From an uncultured Thermoplasmata archaeon (lineage in GTDB: Archaea; Thermoplasmatota; Thermoplasmata; Halarchaeoplasmatales; Halarchaeoplasmataceae): a stretch of 61,905 nucleotides of DNA. The position numbers were made by a program, and so were the translations under genes. Shown here piece after piece: positions 36,625 through 46,327 of the stretch (the first letter of the stretch is position 1; each line of letters starts with the position of its first letter). The notes under the pieces are model-generated. The model saw only the letters and a program-made list of their open reading frames with translations. It was not told the DNA's origin and made no database searches. Location of the stretch: assembly GCA_964516805.1 (NCBI GenBank), contig CAZEXI010000006.1:1-61905 (forward strand), read 5' to 3'.

Positions 36625-37290
36625 CTAAACCTTTTTTATTTCTTTTACCTTCAGTTTACCTCTTTTACCATCCCACTCTTTTGTACTTTTTTGGATTTTG
36701 AAATTATATTTATAATTTGGACTACCTAAAACTAAAGTTTCGTATTCTCCCCCTTCACCTGCAATATTTATTCTATACTTCTTATTAAGTTTCATTAAAT
36801 CTTTTTTACATTCTTTATCGATCTTTCTACCAAGCCATGAATGATCCAATCCCATTGCAGCGACACTTACTATTCTAGTATCAAAGTTGTTTTCAATTAA
36901 GAGTTCGAGTATTTTTTCCTGGTCCATGCCCCATAGTGGTGAATACATATCTAAATCGAAACGATTAGCAATTTTCTTAATTCTTTTTCTTTGATAATTT
37001 GAAGCAACGGAACCATTGATAACCCCCTGTATATTAAGAGTTGATATAACTTCTTTTAAATCTTCAAGTTCCTTTTCTTTCTCACCTTCAGTTTCTACTC
37101 TGATCAAATCGATTCCCATTGATTCAGATAATTTAGGTACAAGGTGCAGGTTAGGCTTATGGAACATATAGGAATCTTCTCTTTTTGGGCAAACAGTGAT
37201 TAATTTATTTACCTTCAAGCCATTATTTTGAGCTATCCATAGCGCTAAGGTAGAATCTTTTCCTCCAGAATACAATGCTGCATAACTCAT
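36625..37290 (-). CDS. diphthine-ammonia ligase (Dph6-type PP-loop ATPase, MJ0570 family)
   Basis: PP-loop ALYSGGKDS and C-terminal GEGGEYETLVL. Confidence 0.75.
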   Translation of the reverse strand: MSYAALYSGGKDSTLALWIAQNNGLKVNKLITVCPKREDSYMFHKPNLHLVPKLSESMGIDLIRVETEGEKEKELEDLKEVISTLNIQGVINGSVASNYQRKRIKKIANRFDLDMYSPLWGMDQEKILELLIENNFDTRIVSVAAMGLDHSWLGRKIDKECKKDLMKLNKKYRINIAGEGGEYETLVLGSPNYKYNFKIQKSTKEWDGKRGKLKVKEIKKV

Positions 37291-37330
37291 TCAAGTCACA
37301 ATAAAAAAATAAAAAGGTGTTATAAAACAC

Positions 37331-38485
37331 CTATTCTCCGATGTACTTCGGATGTTTTTTGTTATCTACCCATTTTTCTTTTTCTTGGAATACTTTCCTT
37401 TTAACACTTTCTAATGAATCATCTAATGCTTTCATTATGTTCCAGTCGTATTTATTTGCATAAAACATTCCATAGTCTGTATTAAGTCTTAAACGAATAC
37501 TGTATTTTGTTTCATTTCCTTCTTTTTTGTGGGTCACCACGTGTATATTCAATACTAGAGGTTTAAGAACATTATTTATTTTTTTCAGGTATTTTTGTAT
37601 TAAATCGTACATTTGGTCATACATCCCTGGAGACGCCTCTAATCCTGTTATTTGTACATATACCTGCTCAGCCTCCCTGAATGTTGTAATAATTTCGACC
37701 AAGTCGTATTGTGTTATAATTCCCTTTATATCGCCATTATCAGCTGCAACCAATGTTGAGATATTATATTCATTCATCTTATTGGCAGCTTTTTTGATTG
37801 TTTCACTAGGTAATATTTTAACAGGTGGTTTATTCATCAAACTCTGGATTTCAATATTGTCATAAGGCGAATCCCGTTCACCTCTTCTTTCGCCTTTTTC
37901 CTCTCTTTCAATCGGCCATGACCCTCCGTTTACTATATCTTTTATTCCTACCATCCCACTTAAATGACCATGTTTATCAACAACTGGTAAAACTCTTTCA
38001 TCAAGGTTTTTCATTAATGATTTGGCTTTCGCAATGGCCTCTCTCTCACTGACGGTAGTTGGTGAGGGAGTCATTACTTCTTGTACATCAATATCTCCTA
38101 GTTCATCCACATCAGGGATGATTGTTACAATATCAGTTCTAGATACAAAACCCACCAGATCACTATTACTTGAACTGACTGGTAATCCTCTGTATCCAGA
38201 TGAAAGTAACATCTCACATAATTCTACGATAGAGTCATTCTCATTGATTTTTGGAGGTTTACTCATCACATGTTTTAGTTTTGTTGAAAAGGGAAGATGC
38301 CTCCTCTCAATAAATTTTTCATCACTTATTAGTCCTATTATTTCACTATTTTCTGTTATCGGTAGTTCTGAAATATTGTGCTTTTTCATCAATCCTATTG
38401 CATCTGATACCGTGTCATTAGGGTCAGCGGTAATCACTTCTTTACTCATAATGTCCTTAACTCTAAAATCATCTATTCGTGCCAT
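37331..38485 (-). CDS. 4xCBS-domain protein fused to a C-terminal HPF/RaiA (S30AE)-like domain
   Basis: Four CBS units, then VYVQITGLEASPGMYDQMYDLIQKYLKKI...LVLNIHVVTHKK...YSIRLRLNTDYGMFYANKYDWNIMKALDDSLESVKRKV, which matches the HPF/YfiA beta-alpha-beta-beta-beta-alpha pattern. Start taken at MARIDDF (38485). The longer track ORF (to 38632) would run through a TATA-like TTTTTTATAA. Confidence 0.7.
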   Translation of the reverse strand: MARIDDFRVKDIMSKEVITADPNDTVSDAIGLMKKHNISELPITENSEIIGLISDEKFIERRHLPFSTKLKHVMSKPPKINENDSIVELCEMLLSSGYRGLPVSSSNSDLVGFVSRTDIVTIIPDVDELGDIDVQEVMTPSPTTVSEREAIAKAKSLMKNLDERVLPVVDKHGHLSGMVGIKDIVNGGSWPIEREEKGERRGERDSPYDNIEIQSLMNKPPVKILPSETIKKAANKMNEYNISTLVAADNGDIKGIITQYDLVEIITTFREAEQVYVQITGLEASPGMYDQMYDLIQKYLKKINNVLKPLVLNIHVVTHKKEGNETKYSIRLRLNTDYGMFYANKYDWNIMKALDDSLESVKRKVFQEKEKWVDNKKHPKYIGE

Positions 38486-38677
38486 TTTATTTCGCCATCC
38501 TGAGTTTGCGTCAGATTTTGGAGAACAACCTGTCTTCTTATTAATCTTTTTGTCCTCCAACATTAAGATAAGTGTTTTGAGGTTATAAAAAAATTGTCTT
38601 GAAAAATCGATTTTAATCGTATTTGCAGACAAAATGGTTTAATAATGAGTGTTTAATAAGAATTCCAAGGTGTTTGT

Positions 38678-39970
38678 ATGAAGAAAGACGCAGAATATAT
38701 ATATGAACAGGTGAAGAAACACCATGAGTGGTTCTCTAATTCACTACCGATGATCGCATCAGAGAACATAATTAGTCCTATGGCAAGGGAGCTAATGCTG
38801 TCAGATTTACAGGACAGATACGCTGAAGGTACACCTGGAAATAGATATTATCAAGGTAATATTTATGTGGATAAAATAGAATTAAAAGTACAGGAGTTAG
38901 CAAGGGATTTATTCGGAGCAGATTACGCCGATGTCAGACCCATCTCAGGAACAAATGCAAACCAAGCAGTTTTGATGGCATTAGGTGGACCTGAAAAATC
39001 AATAACTTCTGTTGATGTATCTGATGGGGCTCATATCAGCAGTGCAGTTTTTGGTTCTGTTGGATTCAGAGGAATGAAACCCAAGACTTATCCTTTCAAT
39101 GTAGACGAAATGAATATTGATTTAGAAGGGACAAAGGAGTTAATTAAAGAGGAGGAACCTGATATAGCTTTATTTGGTCAATCCGTATTCTTATTCCCAC
39201 CGCCATTGGAAGAACTTAAAGAGACTTTTAAAGAAGTAGGCTGTCACGTTTGGTATGACGGTGCACACGTTCTTGGTTTGATCGGAGCAGGTCGATTCCA
39301 ACAACCATTGGAAGAAGGCGCTGAAATCATGACAGGAAGTACTCACAAAACGCTTCCTGGACCCCAAAAAGGGATCCTGTTAGCAAATCCAAGAGATGAA
39401 GAGACTCAAGAGAAGCTGAAGTACGGTGTATTCCCCGGAGTTCTTTCAAACCATCATCTACACACTATGGCTGCATTAGGTGTATCTTTAGCTGAACATA
39501 TGCAGTTTGGTAAAGATTATGCAGACCAGATAATCAATAATGCACAAGCCCTTGGTCAAGCACTTTATGAGAGAGGGTTTGATGTCCTTTGTGAGCATAA
39601 AGGATTCACAGCATCACATACCATAGCTGCTGACGTTCTAGATGAAGGCGGCGGTGAAACATTGGTAGAAGCTATGGAAGAAGCAAATATGATTGCTAAT
39701 AAAAATCTACTTCCATGGGATGATGTTGATAGTGCTCAGGAGCCGAGCGGCATTAGATTAGGTACACAGGAATTAACTAGACTTGGAATGAAAGAAAATG
39801 AAATGGAAGAAGTAGCAGAATTCATAAAGAGAATAGTTATGGATAAAGAAGATCCAAAGTCAGTAAAAGAGGATGTCAAAGAATTTAGAAAAGATTTCAG
39901 TGAAATACATTACTGCTATAAAGAAGGTATGCCGGCTCATGAAAGGTTTTCATTTCTAGAAAACCACTAA
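38678..39970 (+). CDS. glyA: serine hydroxymethyltransferase (archaeal type)
   Basis: MIASENIISP, PISGTNAN and the PLP-lysine region GSTHKTLPGPQ. Confidence 0.9.
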   Translation: MKKDAEYIYEQVKKHHEWFSNSLPMIASENIISPMARELMLSDLQDRYAEGTPGNRYYQGNIYVDKIELKVQELARDLFGADYADVRPISGTNANQAVLMALGGPEKSITSVDVSDGAHISSAVFGSVGFRGMKPKTYPFNVDEMNIDLEGTKELIKEEEPDIALFGQSVFLFPPPLEELKETFKEVGCHVWYDGAHVLGLIGAGRFQQPLEEGAEIMTGSTHKTLPGPQKGILLANPRDEETQEKLKYGVFPGVLSNHHLHTMAALGVSLAEHMQFGKDYADQIINNAQALGQALYERGFDVLCEHKGFTASHTIAADVLDEGGGETLVEAMEEANMIANKNLLPWDDVDSAQEPSGIRLGTQELTRLGMKENEMEEVAEFIKRIVMDKEDPKSVKEDVKEFRKDFSEIHYCYKEGMPAHERFSFLENH

Positions 39971-40038
39971 AAATATTTTAAAACCTTTTCCTTTTTTAAT
40001 TACTTAATAATTTTTATATAAGAGAGAAAAAAAGGGTT

Positions 40039-40419
40039 TTATTCTGTATGGAGTTTGAATTCTTCAGCATCCATCAAGCTTTCATATTCTGATTTTTCTT
40101 CGTATTCTATTGCTATAATCCAACCATCACCATATGGGTCATCGTTAATTGCTTCTGGTGCAGCTTCTAATTCATCATTTACTTTTGTTATAGTTCCAGT
40201 CATCGGAGCGTACAAGTCTGAAACTGTTTTAACTGATTCAACAACCCCTATCATATCTCCTTTCTCTACTTCCTCTCCAACTTCTGGAAGTTCTATGTAA
40301 ACTATATCTCCTAATTCTTCTTGTGCATAATCAGTGATACCATATTGTACTTCACCATCTGTTAACTTCACCCATTCGTGATCTTCCGTGTATCTTAATT
40401 CTTCAGGTATTTCAGGCAT
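40039..40419 (-). CDS. gcvH: glycine cleavage system H protein
   Basis: YTEDHEWV and the lipoyl-lysine motif VESVKTVSDLYAP. Confidence 0.9.
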   Translation of the reverse strand: MPEIPEELRYTEDHEWVKLTDGEVQYGITDYAQEELGDIVYIELPEVGEEVEKGDMIGVVESVKTVSDLYAPMTGTITKVNDELEAAPEAINDDPYGDGWIIAIEYEEKSEYESLMDAEEFKLHTE

Positions 40420-40504
40420 TTTTAAACACCGGTCTTTTCAATAAAAAGGGGGTATATAAGGTAATCGGATGAGATAGACATCTTAATTTTTACGTTTTTA
40501 TTCT

Positions 40505-41944
40505 TCACTCTAAATCTCTACTATCGTATACTATCTCTCCATCTATCACAGTCATGATGACTTCTATGTCGTTTATATCATCGGATTCTAATGGATTTGA
40601 AGACAAGACTACAAAATCAGCTTTCATTCCTTCTTTAAATTTTCCAAATTTTTCCTCGTCTTTAGAGGCATAGGCCCCATTCGTTATGTAGCTCTGTAAA
40701 GCGTTGTATGTAGAAATTCTCTGTTCAAGGATAGGATGGTTTACAGCTGAGTATATACCAAACAATGGATCCATAGGCATACAGTCGGAACCAAAGGTCA
40801 TCTTAACAAGAGATCTTTGTATATCCCAGTAAGGATTACATTTCTGGAGTCTTTCTTTCCCCAATCTGGTCTCGTTCATACCTCCTGATTTAGACCATTT
40901 ATACGCAAAATTGGGTTGTGTAGAAAGAATCAAATTAAGATCTCTGACTCTTCGTATGTTTTCTTCCCAAAGCATCTCAGCATGTTCTATTCGATGCCTT
41001 AACTCTTTAGACCTGGAAGCACCTTCTTCAAAAGCATCGATGACAGTAGAAATTGCTCTATCTCCTATGGCATGTACCATAATTTGAAAACCTTTTTCTT
41101 CTCCTTTTTTGATTATATCTTTTAATTTTTCTTCATCATGAATAAGCATTCCTTTATTACCTGGATCATCGACATATTCCTCTTCTAAGGCTGCAGTTCT
41201 AGCTCCTATCGATCCATCAGCAAATACTTTTAATCCATTTAAAGTTAAAAAATCACTCCTTTTTACAGGACCATCTTCATCTACTTCATCATAATAAATA
41301 TAACATCGGAATCTTAAATCCAATTCGTTTTCATCGTCTAATTCTTGGTATGCTTCCCAGGCATCTTCACCTACAACTTCGTGTACACAGGTGATACCAA
41401 GTGAATGGGCCTTTTTAATCCCTCTTTTTATAGCTTCTTTCTTTTCCTCTTTGGATATCGGTATAATTTCGTCCAATTCCCAAACAGGTTCTTCCTTCAA
41501 AAGGCCTGTTTCATAGTTTATTTCTTCTTTTTCTAAACCTATCTTTTCCAGAGCTAAAGAATTGGCCACAGCAGAATGTCCACAAACTCTTTTGATGATT
41601 ATAGGATGAGCCTTGCTTAAATCGTCAAGGTCATCTTTAGTTGGAACATCTGTATCCTTCCATTTAGATTCATCATAATCATTGCCTATCACCCACTCAC
41701 CTTCTTCAGTTTCATTAATTTTCTTTTCAAGGTAGTATTTTACCTCTTCAAAGGTTTCACATTCAGAAAGGTCTACTCTATCCATTTTCAATCCAGTTTC
41801 TAATAGATGAGTATGGGAATCGATAAACCCGGGTAAAACATAGTTACCATCTAGGTCAATTTTTTCATCAGTACCTTCCATTATTTTATCATAATTATCT
41901 ATATTTCCAATGATCCCATTTTCTACAGTAAAACCATGATACAT
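40505..41944 (-). CDS. amidohydrolase-3 family metal-dependent hydrolase (start probably upstream of the first ATG)
   Basis: GFIDSHTHL, HAIGDRA and FGSDCMP motifs. The in-frame sequence upstream of the ATG encodes IISITGFINCNVISLERRSE, which looks like the family's conserved N-terminal strand. Confidence 0.75.
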   Translation of the reverse strand: MYHGFTVENGIIGNIDNYDKIMEGTDEKIDLDGNYVLPGFIDSHTHLLETGLKMDRVDLSECETFEEVKYYLEKKINETEEGEWVIGNDYDESKWKDTDVPTKDDLDDLSKAHPIIIKRVCGHSAVANSLALEKIGLEKEEINYETGLLKEEPVWELDEIIPISKEEKKEAIKRGIKKAHSLGITCVHEVVGEDAWEAYQELDDENELDLRFRCYIYYDEVDEDGPVKRSDFLTLNGLKVFADGSIGARTAALEEEYVDDPGNKGMLIHDEEKLKDIIKKGEEKGFQIMVHAIGDRAISTVIDAFEEGASRSKELRHRIEHAEMLWEENIRRVRDLNLILSTQPNFAYKWSKSGGMNETRLGKERLQKCNPYWDIQRSLVKMTFGSDCMPMDPLFGIYSAVNHPILEQRISTYNALQSYITNGAYASKDEEKFGKFKEGMKADFVVLSSNPLESDDINDIEVIMTVIDGEIVYDSRDLE

Positions 41945-42018
41945 TTCGGAACGTCTTTCAAGCGAGATGACATTACAATTGATAAAACCAGTGATGCTAA
42001 TAATACCCCCTCCAAATA

Positions 42019-42387
42019 TTATAGTGAGTCCTGAATTTCCTTGATAGGATTTTCAAGGTAACCGATAATTTCATCAATATCACTGTCTTTATTTAACTTA
42101 GTAACCAAAAGCGCTGAAGGTCCGCTGTTCAAAATCAAAATACGAGACTTTTTTAATTCGACTAGAACATATGATAATTCATCTTCTAATTCAGAAGTAG
42201 CAGTTTCTGCGGATCCTAGTAAAATTGCAGACATAGCTACGAACGTCTCGCGGTGAGAATTTTTCGGGACCTCACCAGCTATGTGCATACCACTTCTAGA
42301 AACAAGGGTCACATTATTTATCTCTGGATTTTCTTTGATATCCTCTAATAACATTTCAATTGAGTTAGCAGGAGACATTTTAACCAC
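42019..42387 (-). CDS. Roadblock/LC7 (MglB-like) domain protein
   Basis: 122 aa. VTLVSRSGMHIAG...FVAMSAILLGSAE...ILILNSGPSALLV fits the Roadblock pattern. Confidence 0.7.
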   Translation of the reverse strand: MVKMSPANSIEMLLEDIKENPEINNVTLVSRSGMHIAGEVPKNSHRETFVAMSAILLGSAETATSELEDELSYVLVELKKSRILILNSGPSALLVTKLNKDSDIDEIIGYLENPIKEIQDSL

Positions 42388-42518
42388 AACTTACGTATAA
42401 TTTAGCCTCATAACAATTAGCCCGGGAGATTATAAACATTTTGCTTAGATTACTTTATTTTTATGTAAATCACACATTGAACAAAAGATTATTAAATAAC
42501 CAGGTTTAATATCGCTCT

Positions 42519-42950
42519 ATGCCTATTAAGAATTTTGAAATAAGGTCTATTGATGCTGAAAGATACGGAGAAAAGGAAGAAGCAAGAGGAAATTTAAGAG
42601 TAGATCACAACAGTTCAGTGACTCGTATCCGAAAGATAAATAATAATAAAAACGAGTTAAACTTCAGATTCAATATAAATTATCAAAACATGGGTATGAT
42701 AAAGATAGAGGGTAAAATTTTATTTGAAGGTAATTACCCCAACTTAGCGAATAAATGGAAAAAAGAAAATGAAATGCCCCAAGATGTAGCTCAGCAAATA
42801 CATTCTACTATAATAAGTAACTGTATTCCTCAAGCAGTTATATTGGCAAAAGATTTACAGCTCCCTCCCCCAATACCATTGCCACAGGTAAATCTCTCTG
42901 AGCAAAAAAATGAAGATAAGAAGAACGTGGGCGGTATGGAGGTAGCTTAA
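42519..42950 (+). CDS. hypothetical protein (possibly SecB-like fold)
   Basis: Only loose resemblance to SecB (beta-rich N-half, CIPQAVILAKDLQLPPPIPLPQVNL tail). Not a secure call. Confidence 0.35.
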   Translation: MPIKNFEIRSIDAERYGEKEEARGNLRVDHNSSVTRIRKINNNKNELNFRFNINYQNMGMIKIEGKILFEGNYPNLANKWKKENEMPQDVAQQIHSTIISNCIPQAVILAKDLQLPPPIPLPQVNLSEQKNEDKKNVGGMEVA

Positions 42951-42954
42951 GAGG

Positions 42955-43533
42955 TTGATCATGTCACATTATGAGGGTATTTTGATATCCTCGAATGAAG
43001 TCATAAACGCTTCTGCAGCTGGAGCGGAAATAGATCAAAACATTTTATATTTGAAAATATATCATCCTTCCGATACTAGTAGAAATTTGGAAATGAACAG
43101 CAGATTTACTTTTTCACTGACTAAAAACATCCATCTTTTTTATTTAGCTTCATTAACAGGGCATAATGAACCTGAGGCATCAGAATTGGGTAAAGAAAGA
43201 TTATTGGAAGAGGACGGATATTATTTTCCTAAGGAAGCAACTCTTACATATTTTTGTAAGGTTATTAATATAGAAAAAAGGGAGGGTAAAGATCGATATG
43301 GCAACTATTTATTAAAAACGATCACTGCTGAGGTTGAATCTAAAAAGGGCAGAAAGGAATATTTAACCAGAGAAAATCCATATCTAGACTCGATGGTATA
43401 CGCTAGCAGAATACCTGTAGCGGGAAAGGAACAGACAGAAAGAATTAAAAACAAAGTCAAAAAAATATTAAAAAATAAAAACACTAAATTATCTAAGAAG
43501 ATTATCTCTTATGTTGAAGGTGAAAGCACGTGA
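42955..43533 (+). CDS. DUF447-like (FMN-binding split-barrel) protein
   Basis: GILISSNE..NASAAG...LYLKIYHPSDTSRNL...HLFYLASL resembles the remembered DUF447 consensus. Confidence 0.45.
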   Translation: MIMSHYEGILISSNEVINASAAGAEIDQNILYLKIYHPSDTSRNLEMNSRFTFSLTKNIHLFYLASLTGHNEPEASELGKERLLEEDGYYFPKEATLTYFCKVINIEKREGKDRYGNYLLKTITAEVESKKGRKEYLTRENPYLDSMVYASRIPVAGKEQTERIKNKVKKILKNKNTKLSKKIISYVEGEST

Positions 43534-44186
43534 AATTTGATTTACATATCCATTCTACATATTCAGGTGATTCAAAATCAGACCCTAAAGATATTGTTAA
43601 AGTAGCTGAAAAAAAAGGATTGGACGGAATAGCACTTTTGGACCACAATTCTATAAAAGGTTATAAAAAAATAAAAAACATGGACACAGATCTTATTATT
43701 GTGCCGGGAATAGAGGTAAGTACTGAAGAGGGTCACGTCGGAGCACTAGGTTTGAAGGAAGAAATTGGCAGGCCAAAAACCGTTGAGAGAGCAATAGAGA
43801 TCATCCATGAACACGATGCGATCGCTGTGGCGGTACATCCTTATAGATTCTGGTCTGGGATGGGTGAAGATGTGATACGTGGTAATGATTGGGATGCTAT
43901 GGAGGGATTGAATGGAAGGACCTGGCATTATAAAAATGTAAGAGCTAGAAATTTAGCAGAAGAGATGGACTTGCCTATTGTTGGCGGAAGTGATGCTCAT
44001 AGATTGAAAAGCGTTGGCAAATCATTTACAGTAGTCAAAAATGCTAACGATTGGGAAGAACTCGTAGATGATATTAAAGACTATGAGACTTATGTTGGGG
44101 GAGAAGATAGAACTTATAAACAGACATTTTTCTACGTCAGACGGGCTGTTGGTGGATGGATAAAAAGAGGATTCAAAAGGATTTGA
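43530..44186 (+). CDS. PHP-domain metal-dependent phosphoesterase
   Basis: DLHIHSTYSGDS, VAVHPYR and GGSDAHR motifs. 4-nt overlap with the upstream gene. Confidence 0.8.
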   Translation: MKFDLHIHSTYSGDSKSDPKDIVKVAEKKGLDGIALLDHNSIKGYKKIKNMDTDLIIVPGIEVSTEEGHVGALGLKEEIGRPKTVERAIEIIHEHDAIAVAVHPYRFWSGMGEDVIRGNDWDAMEGLNGRTWHYKNVRARNLAEEMDLPIVGGSDAHRLKSVGKSFTVVKNANDWEELVDDIKDYETYVGGEDRTYKQTFFYVRRAVGGWIKRGFKRI

Positions 44187-45038
44187 TCACTTCTTCTCTA
44201 TCACATATTTGTACTCTAAGATCGCTACGAACACCGCTCCAATTATTGCAGGTATTATTATTTCATATATATTTCCAGCATTATTTACTGATTTCATAAA
44301 AGGCTCTCTTAAGGCGCCAATCATCAGTCCAAAAAGGAAAGCCATTGAGACCGAAGGGTGTTTTTGAAGTAAATAATCTAATATTTTTGCGAAACCGAAT
44401 AATCCTATAATCGCTCCTATTGAAAAAATGATCAAAATAGGAAAATTGAATGAATATATAGCTTCGACCATAAATTCATATTGATGTAATATAAGCAGAA
44501 TATATGATCCAGAGATCCCAGGCAATATCATCGAAACTATGGCCACCATCCCTGTGATAAAGATTGTTATCGGCCCATGTCCGAATTCTATCGCTTCTAT
44601 TCCAAGAATGTAAAATACAAATATGAAACCAATAAAAGCTGATAAAATAGAATAGATATTTATTTTTTCAATATATTTGTAAACCACAACAACTGATGCC
44701 AAGATCAATCCAAAAAAGAATGCAAATGTTTGTGCTGGATAGGTCTCCATTACAAACCCTAACCCTTTTGCTATAACAGCTACTGAAAGTAATGCACCAA
44801 AGGCTAAAGGAGCTAAAAAGGGAAAATCTATCTTATTCAATTTTTTCTTAAACCCCGAAACATCACCTTTGAGTAAAGGAAAAGGTAGATCTTTCGGGAT
44901 CTGATTGATAGCATGTACAAGTTTATCATAGATACCTATAATTAATGCTATAGTACCACCTGAAACGCCAGGGATTATGTTGGCAGCTCCCATCAGAAGA
45001 CCTTCGAAAAATCTTTTAAAGAAATTTTTCAAATCCAT
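44187..45038 (-). CDS. DUF368 family membrane protein (polyprenyl-phosphate translocase family)
   Basis: GAANIIPGVSGGTIALIIGIY and a second PGISGSYILL repeat. Confidence 0.8.
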   Translation of the reverse strand: MDLKNFFKRFFEGLLMGAANIIPGVSGGTIALIIGIYDKLVHAINQIPKDLPFPLLKGDVSGFKKKLNKIDFPFLAPLAFGALLSVAVIAKGLGFVMETYPAQTFAFFFGLILASVVVVYKYIEKINIYSILSAFIGFIFVFYILGIEAIEFGHGPITIFITGMVAIVSMILPGISGSYILLILHQYEFMVEAIYSFNFPILIIFSIGAIIGLFGFAKILDYLLQKHPSVSMAFLFGLMIGALREPFMKSVNNAGNIYEIIIPAIIGAVFVAILEYKYVIEKK

Positions 45039-45079
45039 CTTAGGTTAATGAACATAATAGATGTTATATATTTTACTCT

Positions 45080-46255
45080 TTAACCAAGAATTGAGATCAG
45101 TAAAGGTAACACGATAAAGAGACCAATCCACGTAAATATATTGGAGAATGTTCCAACTAAGAATATCCTAATTATATCATTTCTCAAAAAATCCCCTGTA
45201 GATTTAGAGGCAGTTAGCTCTCTTAGATCTCTCAACTTAGGATTCCTTATTTTTAATTCTACATATCCAGCAATCCACCCTGGTCCAATCAGAGTTAATG
45301 ACATAAATGGAGCTAATAAAAATGAAGTTATTATAGACAAAGGATGACCCCTTCCAATCAAGGCACCTAAGGCAGCCATCCCACCTACTGCAATAAACCA
45401 GTACAGCCAAGCACGCCATATATTTAACACATCTGAAAATAAGAAAAGGTATGCTGCTAAACTTATAAAGAAAATGGGTGAGGCATACCTTAGTAGGGTT
45501 GAATATACTTTTTGGCTTAGAGTTTCTAGGTGAAGTATACCTCTGACTCTTCCTCTTCTTTTTTCTTCACTATGAATCTCATCTAGTTTATCCTCAACCT
45601 TCAAGAGTTTACTTTCGGGTACGATAGAGATAATTTTATCTCTTTTTGAGACTTTGTAAATCCTTCTGCTGATATATTCAATTCTTTCCTTTTTGGCTCT
45701 TTCTGCAACGGTAGGTGCGAACTCCTTCACGGTATCCAGAACACCATCGATCAAATCATCATGTTTTTCTATTTTTTCGACAGATTTAGACTTTTTCTTA
45801 TCTGAAAAAGTTAACATTGTAGATCTGAAATACCAGATCATTTTTAATTTTTCAAGAGGTGACATATTTCTGAAGGATCTACTCAAAGTAAGGGTTATAT
45901 CTCGATCTAAAAATTCAACATCAACATTTAGTGAATCCGCTAATGGAACAAGATTAGCGATATGACTTTCTGGCTTAACACCTTTGAACCGACGTAGATT
46001 CTCTCTCACTGCATCTACGAAGGCTTGGTAAATAAGGGAACCAGTTTTTCCTTTCTTATAAGAGGGCAATAAAGGTTTTTCTTTCCATTCATCCTCTTCT
46101 TCTAAAGATTCAAATCTCTTTTCGCAGAGTGTAAGACCCACAATTCCTGGATCGTATTCTTTAACCAAATTGGAGAGTTCTGATTCTAAACTCTTCTCAT
46201 TTAAATAATCGACCCCGACTAGTATTATGTCGTTGCTATATTCAATTTTTCGCAT
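45080..46255 (-). CDS. TraB/PrgY/GumN family protein with C-terminal membrane domain
   Basis: IILVGVDYLNEKS...PGIVGLTLCEKRF fits a divergent form of the TraB N-terminal motif. Four C-terminal TM helices. Confidence 0.6.
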   Translation of the reverse strand: MRKIEYSNDIILVGVDYLNEKSLESELSNLVKEYDPGIVGLTLCEKRFESLEEEDEWKEKPLLPSYKKGKTGSLIYQAFVDAVRENLRRFKGVKPESHIANLVPLADSLNVDVEFLDRDITLTLSRSFRNMSPLEKLKMIWYFRSTMLTFSDKKKSKSVEKIEKHDDLIDGVLDTVKEFAPTVAERAKKERIEYISRRIYKVSKRDKIISIVPESKLLKVEDKLDEIHSEEKRRGRVRGILHLETLSQKVYSTLLRYASPIFFISLAAYLFLFSDVLNIWRAWLYWFIAVGGMAALGALIGRGHPLSIITSFLLAPFMSLTLIGPGWIAGYVELKIRNPKLRDLRELTASKSTGDFLRNDIIRIFLVGTFSNIFTWIGLFIVLPLLISILG

Positions 46256-46327
46256 AATAGTGCGTCCCGATATTAATCTGAATATACAATACTAAAACTT
46301 TTTTATACTATAATAAAATGACCCATC

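Noticed and set aside
38022-38588. Long antisense ORFs inside well-supported genes (38022..38588+, 57145..57597-, 15144..15542+, 23123..23527-, 54719..55093+, 10-odd others)
   Set aside because: They lie opposite genes with strong family motifs, are Ser/Ile/Phe-rich as expected for antisense frames in AT-rich DNA, and have no start context.
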